A program made the position numbers and the translations under genes. The notes below the pieces were generated by a model. That model had not been told where the DNA came from and searched no databases. It saw only the letters and a program-made list of their open reading frames with translations. 64,000 nt of DNA, from NCBI RefSeq assembly GCF_009914755.1, contig NC_060932.1; one strand, written 5' to 3'. Origin of the DNA: the human T2T-CHM13v2.0 reference genome, Homo sapiens. Position 1 is the first letter of the stretch, and the number at the start of each line of letters is the position of its first letter. Shown here one piece after another: positions 57,900 to 64,000 of this stretch.

Positions 57900-58400
57900 C
57901 ACTACCAATCTGCCTCAATGTGGTGGCCCAGCTTTAGAACTTTAGGAAGAGACCACAACAGAAATTTGGTATCAGAATATGGAGCCACTTCTTCCCCAGT
58001 GGGGAACCCCTTCTGTAGCTCACTACTGTACCTTGCCCTCAGGATTTCAGGCAACAGTTCTTTCCTGAAACTTCCTGCTCCCACTCATATTTTATTACTC
58101 CTCTAGAGCAGTGCTCCCTTATTTTGAGGAAAAAAAAATTGTCTCCCTGAAACTTTCATCTATAAGCCCCAATTTGACTCTCTGAAACAAACAAAAAACC
58201 GTCTAATTTCCTTTCCATCTTTTAAATCTTCAGTTAAACACAATACTCTTTCTTTAGGTCTTCTGTCCTTCGGATGAAAAATAAATAACTTCTTCAACGA
58301 TTCTTTATGTGACCTTATTTCTAGACCCCTCTCTATTTGCCACCAACACACCAAATGGAACCACAGTGCTCTAACCTGATCAACAAAGTCCAGTTCACCC
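57900..58400 (-). mobile_element. L3/CR1 LINE remnant
   Basis: Minus-strand peptide SHKESLKKLFIFHPKDRR resembles the CR1 ORF2 C-terminal motif YEERLKELGLFSLEKRR. Confidence 0.55.
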
Positions 58401-61400
58401 ACTAACAGCCTGGAGAAGTCTGCTGTACCTTTACTAATGATGTCTAATTTTGAAATAGCTTTTTTAGTAGCTTCCACTGCATTTCTGGTGCACACCAAAG
58501 TTGTAGTCAGCTAAAATTCTCCCCTGCCTCCTTTTTTCTTTAACACTACAGTGTGGCTGTGTTTTTATAATCCCGTGTCTATGTGATTTAAAAAAAAATA
58601 AAAAGCATAGTAGAGTATTTTGCAATTAATTTCACTGGGCTAGTTTCAGCTTCTTGATAACTTTGAAAATGTGTTGTTGTACACTTTTTAAATCTCACCA
58701 TCACTGTTGGAGCTCTTATAAAAGTGGCCAACACTGCTCTCACTCACCCCCTTGGCTGTGGCACACTGCATAATTGCATGTGGTGGCCAGTGATAAGTCT
58801 GGTGCTTGGCCAAGTCAGTGATTAAAGATTCTCTTAATTTTCTAAAGTAACATTAAGTATGGAAGGGGCCTTGATTAGCTCGATTTGTGTCATCTCGGAG
58901 CTTCAAAGAGTATCCTACCAGAGTAAAGAAAACTCCCAAGAGACTTGTAATCTTTAAGAATATTGAGGTTGCCGTTTCATAACTTGACTTTATTAAACTG
59001 ATATATTTAACTAACTGGCAGTGACCATAAGATGATTTACATTTAACTTTCAACCTGCAATATTGGTATGGGTTTCAGATGGGGCTAAATAGTTTGGCTC
59101 TGAAGTTTATTGTCAAAAAGTACCCAAGATTTTAAGTGTTTATCTCAATTAACATTGAAAGTCCATAAAATTACACTATACATGTTACAAGAATTATTCT
59201 GTTTTCTTGAAATTTCTGGCTTTTAGATTCCCAGACTTGGCAGGAAATCTTTTTGGCTCCTCTGTTTCTGATTTTAGCTGTTTTCACAAAATGCAAACAC
59301 ATGCAAAAACATTGTAATAAACCTCAGTGTTCAGTCATGTTCAGTAAGACCTCAAAAGATGTTTGCTTTGAACTGGGTTCTAAAGATGGGCATACCTTCG
59401 TAAGAATAGAAGATATCCTCTTACTCTCTATGATGTGGTTTGGCCTTCTCAGGGTCTCAAAGTAAGCTTTGTTCTGTAAGGCACATTATATTCACTTTTT
59501 GGACTAAGAATTAACAGAGAAATTTCTTCCTATAGAACATCTTGGGGCTCTTCTAGTCCCCAAAGGGGCAAGGGTTTTAGACCACGAAGGAATGACTGTA
59601 TTGCATCAAAGAGACTAGGAACATCATCGCAGGGCCCACACTCTGTGCCCTGTCTTAGATGTAATGAAGCATTGGAATTGTGGTTCATTAAGTTGCTGGG
59701 TCTGGTATCACTTTGTGGTTTTGCCCTAACTGATTGGTCTATAAAGTCTGTCCTAGGCATCAGTGAAACAGATTCCTACTGGATAAATTCTCCTTGGAGT
59801 AAGATGGACTTATTTTTTTTCAGTTCATGCTACAATAGTCTTGGACTAAACTCCCAATGAATGAATTTGTAAACAAAAATTTAAGACTAGGCTGAAGGGG
59901 TTTAGACAATGGTATAATCTTTCGTTAGTGGAATGTGATTGCAGTGATATCTTCTGCAAGCAGGTAATTTCACATCCTTCCCTAACTTTGTTTCCTTTCT
60001 AAGTTTTATCCATTTTCCTTGATAATGATGCTGCCTTCCCTGGAGAGAGCTTTTGACTTTTATTTCTTCTCAAAAAGACCATTTACTCTGATGGGTCTGA
60101 CAGTGTCTTTGTGGTAGGCAATTCAACTGGATCTTACTCCCTTTTTCTTCTTCTTCTATTCTACCTTCAGTTTCTTTTTGTTCACCTGTGTTTTTGGGTT
60201 ACTCTCCAACTCAAAACAAATGTAGTCAATTTTGAAAATGTCTTTCTCTACTTCATATTCATACTCAATTTCCTGTTGATCCTATATAGATCTAAAATAT
60301 GACTTTTCCCCCATCTCTTGCTACTAGAATATCCCCGATCCCGTCATTTTGAAATATTCAACATTGTTACAAAAAGTCTTTGTCTTTATGTCTTCTGATG
60401 ACATCTTCTATCTTTTGTATATTAAATTAGAAATTTGTGCTTCTTGTAATAATCCTCATTCATTCAAGAACTGTTTTGGAGAGATTCAGGTACCAAGCCC
60501 TGCACTAAGTGCTATTAATGGTAAAGAGATAGATATGTCCACCATAAAAGAGCTTCACTGGTTGCCTTAGACTAGCCCAAGGCTGTATCCCTCCCCATGG
60601 ATGAGGAGTCCATGGGACCAAGATGTATCTCTCTGGAGCCTGAATATGTGCTAGGCACTAGAATCCTAGAATCCCTTTCACTAGAGATCCCAAGCCTGCT
60701 CTCTGGACCTGCATTGGCCTCTTTCCTCAGTCCATCATTCCCTACAGCTAACTCTAGGTCTGAGGAGTGGGCAAGAGGCAGCTGTTTTGGGGATATGTGG
60801 ACGAGCTTGGACATACAGGTACAGATATCCACATAATGTCCTCATAGAGCCCCTTGTGGTACAGTGCAGGGTGTGAGGAGAGGGGACAGGGAGATAGAGT
60901 TAGAGGTTAGCACCTACCTGCTGCTTTCTTTTTTCTGCCAAATTCTGGTGCAGAACTTGAAGGAATACAGGAATTCTAAATTTGAAACCGGCCTTCTAAG
61001 TCTGATGGAAAGTCAAGATACAGTTTATGTGATAGTTTGTTGGCGGTGCAGACCTCTGTTTGACCTCTTGGCCCAGGCCTTGCAAATATTAAGGTTGGGT
61101 CTGTGGAGTCAACAATGTAGGAGAGAGCACTTCTACCAGTGCAGTCAGTGGGCAGGTTTTCTAATAGTGGGGAGTCAAGACAGCACATAGCAGAGTGGGG
61201 TGAAGACCACACAAATATGTGGGCTGGGGGAGTCTTCCTCGAACAAGTAGCATTGGAGCTGAGACCTGCCAAGTGTAAAATCTTGCCATGTGACATCAGG
61301 AAAAGGGCATGGAATGTGGAAAGGAATGTCTGGAAGAGGAAAGGAATGCCAAAGGTTGAGGGGAAGGAGACAAAGAGACAGAAGAGACACTGCCTTTGGG

Positions 61401-61799
61401 GGCCTCAGGTTTATTCAGTATGACTAGAGCACCGGGAGCTTCCTGAGATGGAGATGAATAGATAGTCGGGAACAAGGACTTGCTAAGGATGCCGTCTTAC
61501 TCCCTTGTCTCAACAATTTCGCAAAGTGTTCCTTTATTAATCAATCTTCCATTCATCCATGAATTTACTCCTGAAAACTTATTTGTATATGAAGCCATTT
61601 GATAATTTCCTATCACTGAAAGTACAAGATTCTTCTAATGAAAGTAACACAAAAATAAGAGATAAACGAAGAAGTAGCATCTGATTTCCTTCCTACCTAT
61701 ATTATTAAAGTCTTAAGCATATCCCTCATTTTTGTACCTTTCACAATATTAGGTTGTTTTTTCCTGCCTTTCATTATAAACTAAACACTAGTACTAACG

Positions 61800-62030
61800 T
61801 TTATCACAGTGATTTATAATAATGACAGCCAGGGATTTGTCCTTGTCCTCATTGCTTTATAGACAGTATTTCATTTCATTCTCAGAATAACCCCTGAGGA
61901 AAGTGGTGTTATCGCCATTTACAGATGAGAAAATGGAAATCAGGGAAGTTATGTAAATTTGCCCAATGTGCGTAAGCATAAGTGGCAAAACTGGAGTTTA
62001 AACACCTTTGTTTGACTCCAAAGCCTGTCC
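61800..62030 (-). mobile_element. MIR; similar fragments at about 15500, 29900, 31700, 33000, 47500, 52150 and 54480
   Basis: MIR core ccattttacagatgagaaaatgga and tgactccaaagcc. Confidence 0.75.
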
Positions 62031-63600
62031 TCTTACTTTTCTAGGTAACACCTTTGCACCTTCTGACAGTACGTAGAGTCTAGGCCAAGTCTTAGTCTAA
62101 TGACCAGCACCCATTAAGCAAAAGAAATAATGTACATAAACACAGGTGGTGAGTTTGGACCCACCAATGGAAATCACCTTTCAAAGTGTCCTAGAGACTG
62201 TAGGTAAAACTCCAGAGTTAGTAATCATAATAATTTGAATAAATTAAAACCCCCACTATTTTCTGATTCCAAGTCACTCTCTTATATATTTGGAGGTCAC
62301 TTCTTTTTCTTAGACGATTGGTTATGCTTCTACACATTTACTACCAGCAAGACACAACTTTACTAGTGACGCTGTTAATGGTATCAGCTGCCAAGTTTAT
62401 GACAGACTAGATGATGCTCATTCATGCATTTTGCTAATTTGGTTGGAACCTTAATTCTGCAGATAGCATTTTCTCTAAATCACTTGTGTAATTAATTAAA
62501 AAATAGAAATTTAGGCCCCTTCAATTAAATATGTTAAGGATTAAAAATATAATTTTGAATTTAAATGCACTTCTCTATTATATGACCTGAATTTGTTTAC
62601 AAGTCAGTGAAAAATAATTTTTCTCACGAAGTTTACATTGTTCTATAACCTTTTAATGTGTATTAAATAATGCAAAGGTTTCTGAAATGTGAAACTGGTT
62701 TTTTGGTTGTTGAATGAAAAAAAAATTAGAGACACATCTTAAAAGAAACAAACACGTAATTACTTGTGTCCATGCATCAGTTAGAGAAATGTTTCCCTAA
62801 ATATAGAGAAATTCCTAGTAATACCGCTTATCTGAAAAATCAATCACTTTTTTAAGTTAAGGAAATATGAGCCAAAAACATGAGAGACGTAAAGTCCTTG
62901 GTATTGCATGGGCATTGGGTATCAGTTTTTTTTCCATGCTCCTATCTGAGTCACAGTTCAGGAGGTTGGTCACCTTAGCCGTTTAGTCATTTTGCAAAGA
63001 CACAGGTTGATTTAATTTTAAAAGAATACATTACATGTTTGGTTTAAATTATGTGACTCATATTCATATTTCACGGACCTTAGAGAATTTATACAGGTAC
63101 TTTACAAATTCCAAAGTGAAATCTATTGATTTTTTTAAAGAGCTTAATGGAGGAGAATTTAAAGGCTTATTTCAAAAAGTAAAAATCAAAATTGCTAACT
63201 GATTTTTATGAGGTCAGTGTTATAATTAGATTAGTTTAAGATTAAATCAAAACAATAAGAATGTCATTTAACTACTTCTGCTGATATGTAACCAATAAGG
63301 AATACCACTTTATCTAGACCGAAAGCTTTGGATCAAAGGGAATAGGCACATATCTTGGAGATATAGCCAACAACAAATGGAGATTTGTAAAATTTCACTC
63401 TAATTTTTTAAAATTTCACTTGGACTTTACAATTATGCTGGTAAAACTGTAGTTTAATATTAGAAATAGTTGTCTGTTTATATTTAAATATCTTTTATTG
63501 CAAGATTAAACACAAATAGTGAAAATCACTCAAATAAAATGTATGGGTTAATTACTTAATATAATGAGAACACCACTGATGCCAAGAAATGGTATTTTGA

Positions 63601-63916
63601 GGCTGGGCACAGTGGCTCATGTCTGTAATCCTGGCACTTTGGGAGGCTGAGGTGTGCGGATGACCTGAGGTCGGGAGTTCGAGACCAGCCTGGTCAACAT
63701 GGAGAAACCCTGTCTCTACTAAAAATACCAAAAATTAGCCAGGTGTGATGGCATTGATGGCATGTGCCTGTAATCCCAGCTACTCGGGAGGCTAAGGCAG
63801 GAGAATCAATTGAACCTGGGAAGCGGAGGTTGCAGTGAGATGAGATCTCACGCCACTGCACTCCAGCCTAGGCAACAGAGCAAGACTCTGTCTCCAAATA
63901 AATAAATAAATAAATA
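63601..63916 (+). mobile_element. AluS (AluSp-like) with (AAAT)n tail and a small tgatggcat duplication
   Basis: gaggtcgggagttcgagacc and aacatggagaaacc. Confidence 0.92.
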
Positions 63917-64000
63917 GCACTTTGCCAGACAACTAAGAAAACCCATCAGTATTCCAGTCACAACCTCTACTTCCCACTGCAAATAAAAACTATTCTTTTA

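Noticed and set aside
58160-58498. 112-aa minus-strand ORF as a novel small protein
   Set aside because: It contains a decayed CR1/L3 ORF2 motif and has no supporting gene structure.

Overview
AT-rich, CpG-poor primate (human-like) genomic DNA lying inside one protein-coding gene on the + strand. Only two short coding exons are visible (5688-5773 and 18055-18131). They splice in frame to (R)[54 protein letters not shown], which I recall as C8orf34. The rest is intron, dominated by transposable elements: a full-length L1PB-type LINE, a 5'-truncated older L1PA, a full-length young L1PA2/3-type LINE with a 1058-aa open ORF2, a complete THE1 (MaLR) provirus with perfect TSDs, an MLT1 solo LTR, several Alus, and old L1M/L2/CR1/MIR/hAT fragments. 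Nearly all ORFs in the supplied track are repeat-derived or spurious. The most unusual object is a tRNA-Glu(TTC) head fused at a microhomology to an AluY right arm with poly(A) (13985-14201), a tRNA/7SL chimeric SINE-like retrocopy. Also notable: an A-rich acceptor with an embedded AATAAA, a candidate L1 3' transduction, a THE1 5' LTR lacking its polyA signal and splice donor, and several templated inverted/direct micro-duplication scars. Gene and subfamily names come from recalled consensus sequences, not a database search. I found no clearly new multi-gene system.
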